Source: a virus. Taken from it: a stretch of DNA of 64,000 nucleotides. Shown in pieces: positions 29,199-38,959 of this stretch. Below the pieces are notes generated by a model that worked only from the letters and a program-made list of their open reading frames with translations, did no database searches and was not told the origin of the DNA. A program made the position numbers and the translations under genes. The stretch covers positions 1 through 64,000 of IMG/VR virus record IMGVR_UViG_3300033146_001635; one strand, given 5' to 3'. The first letter of the stretch is position 1. Every line of letters begins with the position of its first letter.

Positions 29199-30313
29199 CA
29201 AACAAAATTTTTAAGTGACCAAAATAGATAAAAACTTAAAAAATTAAGATATGTATATTTACTTTGAATAGATAATTTATTAAATTCTTTTGTTAAACGG
29301 GCATCTTTAACAATGTCATCTAATAAATTATTAAGTGATTCTTTAAGATATTTTGTTTTATTATTTTTAGATCTAAGAATATGTTTTACATCAGTGATGA
29401 ATCGAGATGAACAAAGACTATTCACACTTGATAAATTTGAAATATAAAGCATATATATAGTAGTTAATGTATCAGTATATTTAGCATTACTAATTTGTTT
29501 AACTAATAATTGTCCATATATTTTATTAACTGAATTTATTTTTAAAGCATTTTCCAAAGCTTTTATATCAACAAATTTATAAACAGTTATTTTTTGAATT
29601 AAGTTCACCACATGTTTTGGAACTTTTGATGTAGCTTCAACTGTTGATACATCACCTTCATCATTTCTAATTTCACTTTTTTGTTGCGCTATTTTATTAC
29701 CTTTTTCTGAATTATAATAATATGCTGTTGCAAAACTTTTAAGACTTTGTGCATGCCTATGTCTACATTCTCGTATAAACATAGATATTTGCATAGGTTG
29801 ATCCATTTTTTTTATTATTTTTTCCCATCTTTGGACCATTTGATTACTAAAATGATAAATAGCGTTAGCAATTGTTTTTTCTCTATAATAAATATGTGTT
29901 TTGTTTATATTTTCTAAAGTATATTTAAATACATCTGGTTGGCAAAATTTAAAAGTTTTGTGAAATAAATTAGAATATTGTCGCAAATTATAAAACAACA
30001 TACATGAACGAAATCCCACCATATCACGTTGTTGTAAAAAGAAGTGCATAATCAAAACATTAATATTATTAATTGGGTCATTTTCTAATAACCATGATTC
30101 TGCTTTTGTGCCTTTGTAGTATTCTTTCGAAGCTTTCTTGACATCATCTTTACTGATGCCCAAAATATTAAACAAAGTATCCTCATATTTTCTTAATTTT
30201 GGTGCATAACAGGGTTCTGATAAATTTAGTAATTCATTACTAGTGATTGTTTGGAAATATTTTCTTAGTTTTAATTTTAATCGTACCCAATCACTTTGAA
30301 TTAAATCTTTCAT
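29195..30313 (-). CDS. Hypothetical protein (basic, helical)
   Basis: 372-aa ORF, last gene of the minus-strand baseplate operon. Confidence 0.7.
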   Translation of the reverse strand: MKDLIQSDWVRLKLKLRKYFQTITSNELLNLSEPCYAPKLRKYEDTLFNILGISKDDVKKASKEYYKGTKAESWLLENDPINNINVLIMHFFLQQRDMVGFRSCMLFYNLRQYSNLFHKTFKFCQPDVFKYTLENINKTHIYYREKTIANAIYHFSNQMVQRWEKIIKKMDQPMQISMFIRECRHRHAQSLKSFATAYYYNSEKGNKIAQQKSEIRNDEGDVSTVEATSKVPKHVVNLIQKITVYKFVDIKALENALKINSVNKIYGQLLVKQISNAKYTDTLTTIYMLYISNLSSVNSLCSSRFITDVKHILRSKNNKTKYLKESLNNLLDDIVKDARLTKEFNKLSIQSKYTYLNFLSFYLFWSLKNFVC

Positions 30314-30323
30314 AATTTACCTT

Positions 30324-32870
30324 TTAGTTAACTAATCTAATTGTAATATCATCTTCTGTAAAATATAATAATTCAGGAGTGTATGTTAATAAATTTTCCT
30401 CAGATAATTCCTCTAATTTAAAATTATAAAAAATATTAGAAGCTGGTTTAATTAATCTACAATGATCAACTCCTTCTATATTTTGTACAGTTGCGATTAT
30501 TTCAGATCTACTTAGATATGATTGGCATACCATTCTATCTTTAAAAGTTTCTAAAATAGTTAATTTTATAGTATTGATAAATTTTTGCATATCAATTGTA
30601 TAATTTTCTTTCATTCTAACATCTAAATCAATTTTTAATGGTATTTCATAAATTGGTTCAATCCAATCACATGATGTATATAAATATTTTTTATTTGTAT
30701 TTCTTGCATATATAAAATCATCCATTTCTGGTTTAACATATGTCCAATCAATTTCACCTGAAGTTGTATCAATACTAATACAAGTAGCAATATAACCAAT
30801 TTTATCTTGCCATTCAGGAAATTCTGTTCCATTTATAATATATCTTTCATTAATTTGTGGAACCCAATTAACATATTCTAAATCAATATAATCCACGGGC
30901 AACCGTGTTTCTTTATTTAATAACATATTTCTTAATTCTTTTGATGTATTTGCAAATTTTAAATTTACAAAATCTGTCATCATTCTTATATCTTCAAAAT
31001 TAATATTATCAATAATTCGTTGAATGACATAATATTCAAAATCAGCTTTATTAGCAATCAAATCATAATAATCTTTTCTAATAACAGGAATATCATATAT
31101 AGAAATACTACCATCTTTATTTATTACCGTATTAGATAACATTGTGTGATTTAAATTTTTTCTAAAAATAAATGATATCGAATATTGATTTAATCTTCCT
31201 TTTGTTGGATGATAAAATGTAAAATAATATGTTTCTTTGTTTTCAGGTAATAATTCATATGGTGTAAAAGATATTTCAAAAAATCGACCAACAGTATTAA
31301 TTGTCATATTCTGATGAACAAGAGTGTTTGTAACTTCTAATAAACATTCAACTTCATCAAAATCAGTTTCAGTTGTTTGAAAATATACTTTTAAATATAC
31401 AGTAGTATAATCTGTTTCAACCAACAAACTTGTTGCAAAAAAATTATATTCTTCTAAACTTAATCCAACTGAAATTAAATTTAAATCATATATAACTTCT
31501 TTAGAAGTATATTTGTATCTTGTTATTTCTAAATCTTTATCTATTTCAATATTAAATGGTAAAATATATATATCCCCCAAATATGAAATTTCTTGATATT
31601 TAGGTATTTTTATAATTCCATCATTAAAATCACATTGTATATTTTCACATGCAGTTGAATCAAGTGTTATATGAACATTTTCTGTTGGAACAATTTCATT
31701 TTTATACATTAAGATAGAATAAATTTGCATTTCATTGGTACGAATATCTGATCGTTTTAATACAGGATATGTATTTTTAGCAAGTGGGGTATCTTCAGCT
31801 AATGATCCAACTACCTTATAATCATTTTCAGAAACAAGTCTGTGTAATGCGGTTAAGTTATTAATTGCGTTAGCTTTGATAACTTCTAAACTTGGTTCAT
31901 CTTCTCCACCTTGTGCGGGTGAAGGGTTAGATACAGAATAATTGATTTCAACTCTTTCACCTGTGCCAGTTACACCATAAATATTATCTGTTATAATATT
32001 CTGACCAGATATAATATTACCTCTTTCACCTAATGTAGTAAAAGCTGTTACATATATAATACTATTAACAGGAGGTTGATAACCTATTAATCCATTACCA
32101 AAATATATTTTTTGTCCTATATCACTTTTTCTAATTACAAAACCCCTATCATTTGGAGACATGAGATATATTGATGAAAACTGGTCATAAATATATTCTA
32201 TATCATTACCAGGTTCCACAACTTTTACTTCTATAGCAGATAATTGACCATCTAATCTTATTTCATATTCTGTAAATTGATATTCTAAATGATTTTTATT
32301 AACAGAAAATTCAAATTTTTCTACATTATATTGTTTCGCATAAATCATTATATTGAATGTTGTCATTACTTCATTATCATAATCAATATAAACTGATAAA
32401 TTTTCTGAAACATCTTTATCATATTTATAAGCCGTTACTATATTATTACGTTCAACTACAACCTTGACATTATAATCAATAATAAAATTTATATTATCTA
32501 TTTTAAAATTTGAATATTTTGGAATAACAAAAGTAACTAAACCATCTGTGAATCTAAAAGGAAATGACAATATTAAATTAATAGTTGAATGTTTAGCATT
32601 ATAAGGAGTGTAGCCAATACTAGCTGCTAAATCCATTACACTATTATTTAATTGAGCTTTTGTTAAGAAAAATTCTTTATAAACAGAAATTTGATAAAAT
32701 AAAATATTAGATGTTAATGTTGATAATATATTTATAATATAAGATAAAAAAGAAGATTTGGTTAAATCAACATCAACAAGATCTAAATATTGTTTAATCT
32801 CTTCTATTAACTGTGTACGGATTGCTTCACGAGATAAAAATATTTCATTTGATAGAGGTGATATTGCCAT
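30324..32870 (-). CDS. Baseplate wedge protein (T4 gp6 / baseplate J-like)
   Basis: EFFLTKAQ..SV..LA..IGY, IYFGNG.IG..PP, GGEDEPSLE.IK.NA...RLVS.NDY, SEIIATVQNIEGVD. Confidence 0.85.
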   Translation of the reverse strand: MAISPLSNEIFLSREAIRTQLIEEIKQYLDLVDVDLTKSSFLSYIINILSTLTSNILFYQISVYKEFFLTKAQLNNSVMDLAASIGYTPYNAKHSTINLILSFPFRFTDGLVTFVIPKYSNFKIDNINFIIDYNVKVVVERNNIVTAYKYDKDVSENLSVYIDYDNEVMTTFNIMIYAKQYNVEKFEFSVNKNHLEYQFTEYEIRLDGQLSAIEVKVVEPGNDIEYIYDQFSSIYLMSPNDRGFVIRKSDIGQKIYFGNGLIGYQPPVNSIIYVTAFTTLGERGNIISGQNIITDNIYGVTGTGERVEINYSVSNPSPAQGGEDEPSLEVIKANAINNLTALHRLVSENDYKVVGSLAEDTPLAKNTYPVLKRSDIRTNEMQIYSILMYKNEIVPTENVHITLDSTACENIQCDFNDGIIKIPKYQEISYLGDIYILPFNIEIDKDLEITRYKYTSKEVIYDLNLISVGLSLEEYNFFATSLLVETDYTTVYLKVYFQTTETDFDEVECLLEVTNTLVHQNMTINTVGRFFEISFTPYELLPENKETYYFTFYHPTKGRLNQYSISFIFRKNLNHTMLSNTVINKDGSISIYDIPVIRKDYYDLIANKADFEYYVIQRIIDNINFEDIRMMTDFVNLKFANTSKELRNMLLNKETRLPVDYIDLEYVNWVPQINERYIINGTEFPEWQDKIGYIATCISIDTTSGEIDWTYVKPEMDDFIYARNTNKKYLYTSCDWIEPIYEIPLKIDLDVRMKENYTIDMQKFINTIKLTILETFKDRMVCQSYLSRSEIIATVQNIEGVDHCRLIKPASNIFYNFKLEELSEENLLTYTPELLYFTEDDITIRLVN

Positions 32871-32881
32871 TTTATAAAACC

Positions 32882-33538
32882 TTATAATAAATAAAAACCA
32901 GAATTAGAATCAAATCTGTTTTTAACACTAGCTTTTAATTTTGAATTCATATCCATTAAATTTAATAATAATGTAGCATTTTCAATGGTATGAAGTTGTT
33001 TGTCATATTCAAAAAACATATATGTGTCATTAGTTTGATTTTCAACTTCTTGTATAGTTCGTGATTGGTCAACTTCTATTTTCAGTTTCCAAAAACGTCT
33101 ATCGGTATTGGGCGCAATTTCAACACCTGATACATGATATAGCGGATGTTGATTAGGCTGCATTTGTAAATAATCTTGTTCAAATTGAATTATATCATGT
33201 GGATATGGTATAAATTTATATTCAGATGGAATAACAAAAAATGATTCAGTTAATTTATTTTGACCAATTTCACTTGCATCAAATGAAACTATTGAAACAT
33301 CTTCAATGAAAAAAATAGGAAGTAATAAAAATTTATCCCATCTAATTCCTGTTAAATCACCAATTTCTTCATATGCACCACCCATTACATATTCATTATC
33401 CCAAATAGTTTCTTCTTTATTTAGATGATAATATGTAACAAGAAAAGCGACAGCGTCTTTAGCATAATACTCATATACCAAATATTGATATTCATGAATA
33501 TAATGATAAAGACGCTGCCATAATTGTGGAGAACTCAT
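32882..33538 (-). CDS. Putative virion structural protein
   Basis: 218-aa ORF inside the baseplate operon. Confidence 0.5.
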   Translation of the reverse strand: MSSPQLWQRLYHYIHEYQYLVYEYYAKDAVAFLVTYYHLNKEETIWDNEYVMGGAYEEIGDLTGIRWDKFLLLPIFFIEDVSIVSFDASEIGQNKLTESFFVIPSEYKFIPYPHDIIQFEQDYLQMQPNQHPLYHVSGVEIAPNTDRRFWKLKIEVDQSRTIQEVENQTNDTYMFFEYDKQLHTIENATLLLNLMDMNSKLKASVKNRFDSNSGFYLL

Positions 33539-33957
33539 TGAGCAGTATCCTTAATTTTTACCGTTAATGTAGATTTTTCACCGTGATAATTAACTATTAT
33601 ATCAACAATAAATCCTTTTCCCGGTGGTTTAGCAAATTTTACTTTAACATCTTCAATGGAAGCTCTATTATCATAATAATAAATGCTATTATAAATTTCT
33701 TCCCTGATTTGTGACATTGTTTCAACATCAGCAGGTTGGTATAATAAATCATATAAACCACTTCCATAAGGAGGATCATGGTCATATGTTCCTCTTGGAG
33801 TTAATAAAATATTATTCCAAGAATTCATAATAACATTTAAATTTTCAATTCTTTTAAAATCACCAATAGGTGATATTGCAGAAACATAATCAATGTATTT
33901 AACTGACTCAGTTCTGGTTCGTGGAGTTAAATTAAACCGTGATAATGGATTAGCCAT
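33535..33957 (-). CDS. gp25/GPW-like baseplate wedge (sheath initiator)
   Basis: NILLTPRGT...PPYGSGLYDLLYQP...IYYYDNRA. Confidence 0.85.
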   Translation of the reverse strand: MANPLSRFNLTPRTRTESVKYIDYVSAISPIGDFKRIENLNVIMNSWNNILLTPRGTYDHDPPYGSGLYDLLYQPADVETMSQIREEIYNSIYYYDNRASIEDVKVKFAKPPGKGFIVDIIVNYHGEKSTLTVKIKDTAQ

Positions 33958-33971
33958 TTAATATATCTCCT

Positions 33972-34181
33972 TTAAATTGTTACCTTATCCTGAGCATCAT
34001 TCATTAATTTTTCTTTTTCTTTTTCTAAATTAGACTTCCATTTTAAATATTCTGTTAATTTAGATACGGGCATTTTAACAATACTTTCATATTGTTGATG
34101 CCCCGCTTCCATAGCGGCAAAAATCAATTCATTTTGAGCTTCTATAAACGATTGTCTATATTCACTACTGGTACATTGCAC
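33972..34181 (-). CDS. Small ORF downstream of the gp26-like chaperone; possible +1 frameshift extension
   Basis: Overlaps the upstream ORF in the +1 frame; GTG start with no SD; YESIVKMPVS pattern. Confidence 0.55.
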   Translation of the reverse strand: MQCTSSEYRQSFIEAQNELIFAAMEAGHQQYESIVKMPVSKLTEYLKWKSNLEKEKEKLMNDAQDKVTI

Positions 34182-34953
34182 GAAAGAAATTATCGACTAA
34201 GTCGATATCTATCACCTCCGTATGCCCACATTTTGTACAAGTGTTTTTCATTTTAAGTGAAATTTGATATTTGCCAAAATTGTCAATATACGATTTGTTA
34301 ATAATTTTTTTGTCTTTAGCAGGTAATGACAAATAAGCTCTGATAACTTCATCCCTATCTTCAATTATCATAGGTTCTTTAGCTTCTTCTGCATGATCCC
34401 ATATAAATTTATCAATAATAAGTGTTTCAGCAATTAATTCATTTGAATAATTTTGAAAGGTGAATCGTTTCATAGCTTCATTTTCATCTTTCAAAGTCGG
34501 TTGTTTAATAACAACTTTAACTGTTTTAAGAATTTTTAAATCTTCTGTAACTCTTTTTTTAAGAATTTCATTTTCTTTACCATCATATAATTCCATTGAA
34601 AAGGTATCGGAAGCATTAACAGTGACATCTTGGTTTGCACCACAATTACCACATGTAATAGTGTAATTACGGATTTCTTCATATGTTATATGATAAAGAC
34701 CATATAACAATGCTTCTCTATCTTTAAGGGTAACAGTTGATAAAAATTCATCTAAGGTATATTTTTTATTTTTTTCGGCAATAGCATCATATATACATTT
34801 ATTTAAATGATTAAGAATTTTCTTTTCATTTACTAATGATGCTTTCATCTTTTCTTCATCAGCAATTGTTAAACTTTTTAAAAGAAAAGATTGTTTTGTT
34901 TGAGGTGTGATTACTTCATAAGTTGGTAATGCGACGTTAAACGATGTAAACAT
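34165..34953 (-). CDS. T4 gp26-like baseplate hub / tail assembly chaperone
   Basis: LPTYEVITP, LTIADE, two CxxC pairs (CGNC, CTKC), ends DNFF. Confidence 0.75.
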   Translation of the reverse strand: MFTSFNVALPTYEVITPQTKQSFLLKSLTIADEEKMKASLVNEKKILNHLNKCIYDAIAEKNKKYTLDEFLSTVTLKDREALLYGLYHITYEEIRNYTITCGNCGANQDVTVNASDTFSMELYDGKENEILKKRVTEDLKILKTVKVVIKQPTLKDENEAMKRFTFQNYSNELIAETLIIDKFIWDHAEEAKEPMIIEDRDEVIRAYLSLPAKDKKIINKSYIDNFGKYQISLKMKNTCTKCGHTEVIDIDLVDNFFRAMYQ

Positions 34954-35020
34954 GTTTTTTCTCCTTATCTTTGAGTTTTACACTACTATATCTTCTCGAA
35001 ATATAAAGTGGTATCTATAT

Positions 35021-35034
35021 CGATATTATGTTCC
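35021..35034 (-). promoter_or_regulatory. Late-type promoter variant GGAACA-TAATAT-CG
   Basis: Upstream of 34953. Confidence 0.5.
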
Positions 35035-35143
35035 TATCTTAAAAGAAATTTTTATGATTTATTTGTTACGTAATTTAGATATCTTATTTTGAATCTGTTG
35101 TCTACATTTTAATGGATCTGTAGATTTTTTACACATAATAAAC

Positions 35144-35824
35144 CTATTTTTTGATTTTCTTTTGAATCTTTTTTATTTCACTCTGTATTTTTTCTCTATA
35201 TTTAGAAGGATTTTTTGTTTTATTAGATAAATCAAGAGATTTTTTCAAAGTTTTAATTTTCATTTGATATGCTTTATTTTGATAATTAGTTATACAAGCC
35301 TGTTTTTCATCACCAGTTTTACCTTTACAATATTGTGCAGCTTTTGAAAAATAATTTTTATATATTTTATAAGCACCCGCGATAGCAATAGCAGCCAAAA
35401 CAGTCCAACCTATTTCAGTAGAATGATCTTTAATAACATCTAAAATAGAATGAGGATGATTTACATCGGGTACTATTGAATGTGAATTAACTGTAGGATG
35501 TGGTTTATTTTCAACATAATCTTTATGCAAGTTAGTTGGAACAATTGATTTTGTTCCAGTATCAGTTTTATGGAATTTTTTAGGAATTATACTTTCTGAT
35601 AATAAAATATCAAAATCATGTTTCAAATCTTCTATTAAATACGTAACTACAGATGGACCAAAAACATCTATACATTCAAATAAATTATTTTGTAAAAATA
35701 AAGCAGCTTGCCCTAATTCTGCAATTTCTTCATGAATATTTAACCATTCTAAATCTGGATTAGTTTCAAATATATCTTTTTCATTTCTATGAATATAATG
35801 CACTGATTCATATAAGATGCCCAT
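35144..35824 (-). CDS. Propeptide-TM-Cys helical paralog family member
   Basis: LLSE site, TM IGWTVLAAIAIAGAYK, then YFSKAAQYCKGKTGDEKQACI...NPSKY. Confidence 0.75.
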   Translation of the reverse strand: MGILYESVHYIHRNEKDIFETNPDLEWLNIHEEIAELGQAALFLQNNLFECIDVFGPSVVTYLIEDLKHDFDILLSESIIPKKFHKTDTGTKSIVPTNLHKDYVENKPHPTVNSHSIVPDVNHPHSILDVIKDHSTEIGWTVLAAIAIAGAYKIYKNYFSKAAQYCKGKTGDEKQACITNYQNKAYQMKIKTLKKSLDLSNKTKNPSKYREKIQSEIKKIQKKIKK

Positions 35825-35836
35825 CAGTAATCTCCT

Positions 35837-36919
35837 TTAAATCCTATTACGTAATTTAATAATTTTTTGTTGAATTTCATGTCTACATTTTATAGGATTG
35901 GATGATTTTTTACACATTCCTATTGATTTTTGTAATACTTTTATTCTTTCATTAATAGCTTTTCTTTTAAATTGTATTATACAATCATTCTTTTCTGCAC
36001 CACTTTTATTACTACAAGCTTGCCCAGCTTTTGAAAAATATCGTTGATATGCTTTATACGATAAATACCCGGCTACACCAACTAAAGCAGCTACCCCAAT
36101 TGTTGTTCCGTGATTTTGAACAAATTGATATACTTTTGGAAAATTATCCTGTAATTTATGTGCTAAATTTGTAAAAAATCCATCTGTTTCTTTTGGTTCA
36201 AGAACATGTGGGGAAGGTTTTGTTTCTATAATTTTAGGAGTATTTTTGATTTTTTTTGGTTCAGATGGTTTTTCTTTACTTGTATCATTATTAGAGCCAG
36301 TAGCTAATTTATGTAAATTTTTTAAAAAAGTTTTTCTCGATTCGTCACTTGCCTTAACAGATTGTTCCATTGATGAAGATTCTTTTGGTTTAAAGCCAAC
36401 TTTTTCAGGACCCTGACCTATATTAAAAGCCTTTTTAAAATTATCCACCATTTTTTTGTTAGATGGATTTTTCAAATCTTTGTTAACCAAATTTAAATTT
36501 TTTATTTTTTTAAACATTCGTTGATTTGATGGTTTTTTCAAATCAGATTTAATCATATTAGTTATATCAGTAGCTATATCTTCATTAAGAATATTTTTAC
36601 TTGTAATACTTTTTAATGATCCAATTTCATGAATAAAATTATATATAACATCATTATCAATAATTTCAGTTAAATTATAACTATAATCAATAATATGATT
36701 TTTTAATTTGTTTAATAAAATATTCTCATATAATTCTATATTCACATTTTTAGGAGATTTTTTTCCAATTATAGCATAAGACAATACATCTGTATCTGAT
36801 AAATTATTTATAGATTCAGATATAGTAATATTATTTTTAAAATTTTCTTTTAATGCTAATCGAATAAATTCAATTAATAAAGAACTTTCAAAAATATTTA
36901 TATGTTTATTAATAAACAT
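35837..36919 (-). CDS. Propeptide-TM-Cys helical paralog family member
   Basis: Shared N-domain, ILNE site, TM GVAALVGVAGY, YFSKAGQACSNKSGAEKNDCI...NPIKC. Confidence 0.75.
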   Translation of the reverse strand: MFINKHINIFESSLLIEFIRLALKENFKNNITISESINNLSDTDVLSYAIIGKKSPKNVNIELYENILLNKLKNHIIDYSYNLTEIIDNDVIYNFIHEIGSLKSITSKNILNEDIATDITNMIKSDLKKPSNQRMFKKIKNLNLVNKDLKNPSNKKMVDNFKKAFNIGQGPEKVGFKPKESSSMEQSVKASDESRKTFLKNLHKLATGSNNDTSKEKPSEPKKIKNTPKIIETKPSPHVLEPKETDGFFTNLAHKLQDNFPKVYQFVQNHGTTIGVAALVGVAGYLSYKAYQRYFSKAGQACSNKSGAEKNDCIIQFKRKAINERIKVLQKSIGMCKKSSNPIKCRHEIQQKIIKLRNRI

Positions 36920-36941
36920 TTTTTAACAAACTCCTAAAATA

Positions 36942-36981
36942 ATATGTGACCCCATATTAAAAATAATATGGGGCCACATAT
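36942..36981 (-). terminator. Stem-loop between paralogs
   Basis: atatgtgaccccatatt/aatatggggccacatat. Confidence 0.6.
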
Positions 36982-37003
36982 AACCAAAATAATAAATTAT
37001 AAA

Positions 37004-38122
37004 TTAAGCTAATTTAGCTTGTAATTTAGAAATTTTAGCAGTTAAATCGGTACGACATTTGGCGGGATTGGTTGCAGCTTTACAACCAGATAATGATTTT
37101 TTCAGCATATTAATCTGTTGTTTAACAGCTTGCTTTTTAGCATTGGCAATACAAGCTGATCTTTCAGCCCCAGATTTACCTGCACATGATTTAGCTGCCT
37201 GTGAAAAATATCGTTGATAAGCTTTATATCCAAGAAAAGCCGCCATAGCAACAAGAGCAGTAACACCAATGGCCTTAGCATGACCACCACTATGTTGATT
37301 TACAAATTGTGTAAAACCTGACCATGCTTTGGAAATATTTTGACCCACATTACCAGCAGCAGCTCTTAAACGGTCTAACCATCCTGTTGCAGCCACTTCT
37401 TTAGGTGGATTTTTAGCAATCTCATCACCAACACCGCCCATATCTGAATGATTATTTTGTTTAGCAATATCATCACCAACACCACCCATATCTGATTTAT
37501 TTGCAGCGCCAGTTGTGCCTGCTGAATTGACCCCTTTAAATTCACCTTTATAAGAAGGGGTATAAACTTTGTGGGTTCCTGCTTGAGTTGGATTGTCAGC
37601 AGCCGCAGATGCATTAGACTGCCGCATAGCTGCATCAACTGCATTTTTTGAATATGTATGACTAGTGCCACCACTAGAATTAACACCACTAAATTCACCA
37701 GCTCTAGAATTTGGATATCTATTACCAGAATCCGCACCAGCTAATTTACTATATTTTTCAGTTAAAATCCCTTCCTGAATTAAAGTCATGGAATCGGAAT
37801 CAACCATTGATAATCCACCAATTTCATGAATAAAATTAGAAGGTGTATAGCCATCATCAAAAGGTAATTCACTAACATGCTCTAATACAAAATCTTTAAG
37901 ATTTGACATTAAGTATGTTTCAGCCAGAGCAGGATTATCAGTAGGACAAGCCTTGCCATACATAGCAAGTGATAATACTTCACAATCCTTAGCATCTTCT
38001 GTGATATACTTGATAGTTTCAGCTGGTGCATCTTTTTCCTTTAGATTTTCAACCAGAGCCTGACGCATGAAACCCATGAAAATAGCACTATCTTTGACAT
38101 TAATTGATTCATTTAAAAACAT
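37004..38122 (-). CDS. Propeptide-TM-Cys helical paralog with SDMGGVGD(D/E)IA repeats
   Basis: ILTE site, Gly/Ser-rich middle, TM, YFSQAAKSCAGKSGAERSACI...NPAKC. Confidence 0.78.
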   Translation of the reverse strand: MFLNESINVKDSAIFMGFMRQALVENLKEKDAPAETIKYITEDAKDCEVLSLAMYGKACPTDNPALAETYLMSNLKDFVLEHVSELPFDDGYTPSNFIHEIGGLSMVDSDSMTLIQEGILTEKYSKLAGADSGNRYPNSRAGEFSGVNSSGGTSHTYSKNAVDAAMRQSNASAAADNPTQAGTHKVYTPSYKGEFKGVNSAGTTGAANKSDMGGVGDDIAKQNNHSDMGGVGDEIAKNPPKEVAATGWLDRLRAAAGNVGQNISKAWSGFTQFVNQHSGGHAKAIGVTALVAMAAFLGYKAYQRYFSQAAKSCAGKSGAERSACIANAKKQAVKQQINMLKKSLSGCKAATNPAKCRTDLTAKISKLQAKLA

Positions 38123-38176
38123 TTTAATTTCTCCTTAATATTAATATTAAATAATATTACTTTTTTTTGTTAAAAG

Positions 38177-38896
38177 TTACTTATTTATTTTTTTTTTCAA
38201 AGCTTTTTCAAGTTCATTTTTAATTCTATCACCACTATAACTACGGCATTTTTCTAAAACCCAATCTTCATGCCAAACATAATCAACATTGAACTCAATT
38301 TCTGGTTCAATTTTACCAACATTTTCAACATCTGAAGATAATAAATCTTGTGGATCTTTAGTTGGAAAAACACCGGTATAACAAGCATAATATTCAACAG
38401 TTACTCCATCAGGCGCAGTAGTCCAATAATATAATCTAGCAGCATACTGTTTTTTAGAATAACCAGTTCTATCATTACCAGCAATTAATTTAGATGATAC
38501 ACCAGTTCTATAATCACGAATACCTTTAACCCATTCATGAAAAATCTGACAAATAGGAAGACCTGAATATTCAACAAATTTTATGGAAATAGAATCTCCA
38601 TAATCAATGCTACCCGGCACTGCCCATTTTGTACCACCCAAACCTGTAAATGAAATTTTATTTAAAGTTCCACCGGGTGGTGTAACAGATAAACAACTAC
38701 CAGCTAATAAAGCTTGAACTTCCTTATCTGTTAAATTACCTGGCACTGTATTGGCATCTACCTTAACAATTTCTGGAAGATAATCAAACCATATATGATG
38801 ATATCCTGTTACATATGGCTCTGCAATGCCAACTAACGTACCACCCATATTTCTGGTAGCAACTTGTTTTGTAACATTAGTAAATGAATTTAACAT
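38177..38896 (-). CDS. Tail tube protein
   Basis: SVTPPG, VPGSIDYGDSISIKF.E, F..WV, GVFPT; immediately downstream of the sheath gene. Confidence 0.75.
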   Translation of the reverse strand: MLNSFTNVTKQVATRNMGGTLVGIAEPYVTGYHHIWFDYLPEIVKVDANTVPGNLTDKEVQALLAGSCLSVTPPGGTLNKISFTGLGGTKWAVPGSIDYGDSISIKFVEYSGLPICQIFHEWVKGIRDYRTGVSSKLIAGNDRTGYSKKQYAARLYYWTTAPDGVTVEYYACYTGVFPTKDPQDLLSSDVENVGKIEPEIEFNVDYVWHEDWVLEKCRSYSGDRIKNELEKALKKKINK

Positions 38897-38914
38897 AATT
38901 TAAATCTCCTCTAT

Positions 38915-38952
38915 ATAGGAGTGGGTAGGGAATTACCCCTACCCACTCTTAT
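38915..38952 (-). terminator. Stem-loop between sheath and tube genes
   Basis: ataggagtgggtaggg/ccctacccactcttat. Confidence 0.6.
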
Positions 38953-38959
38953 TTATAAT

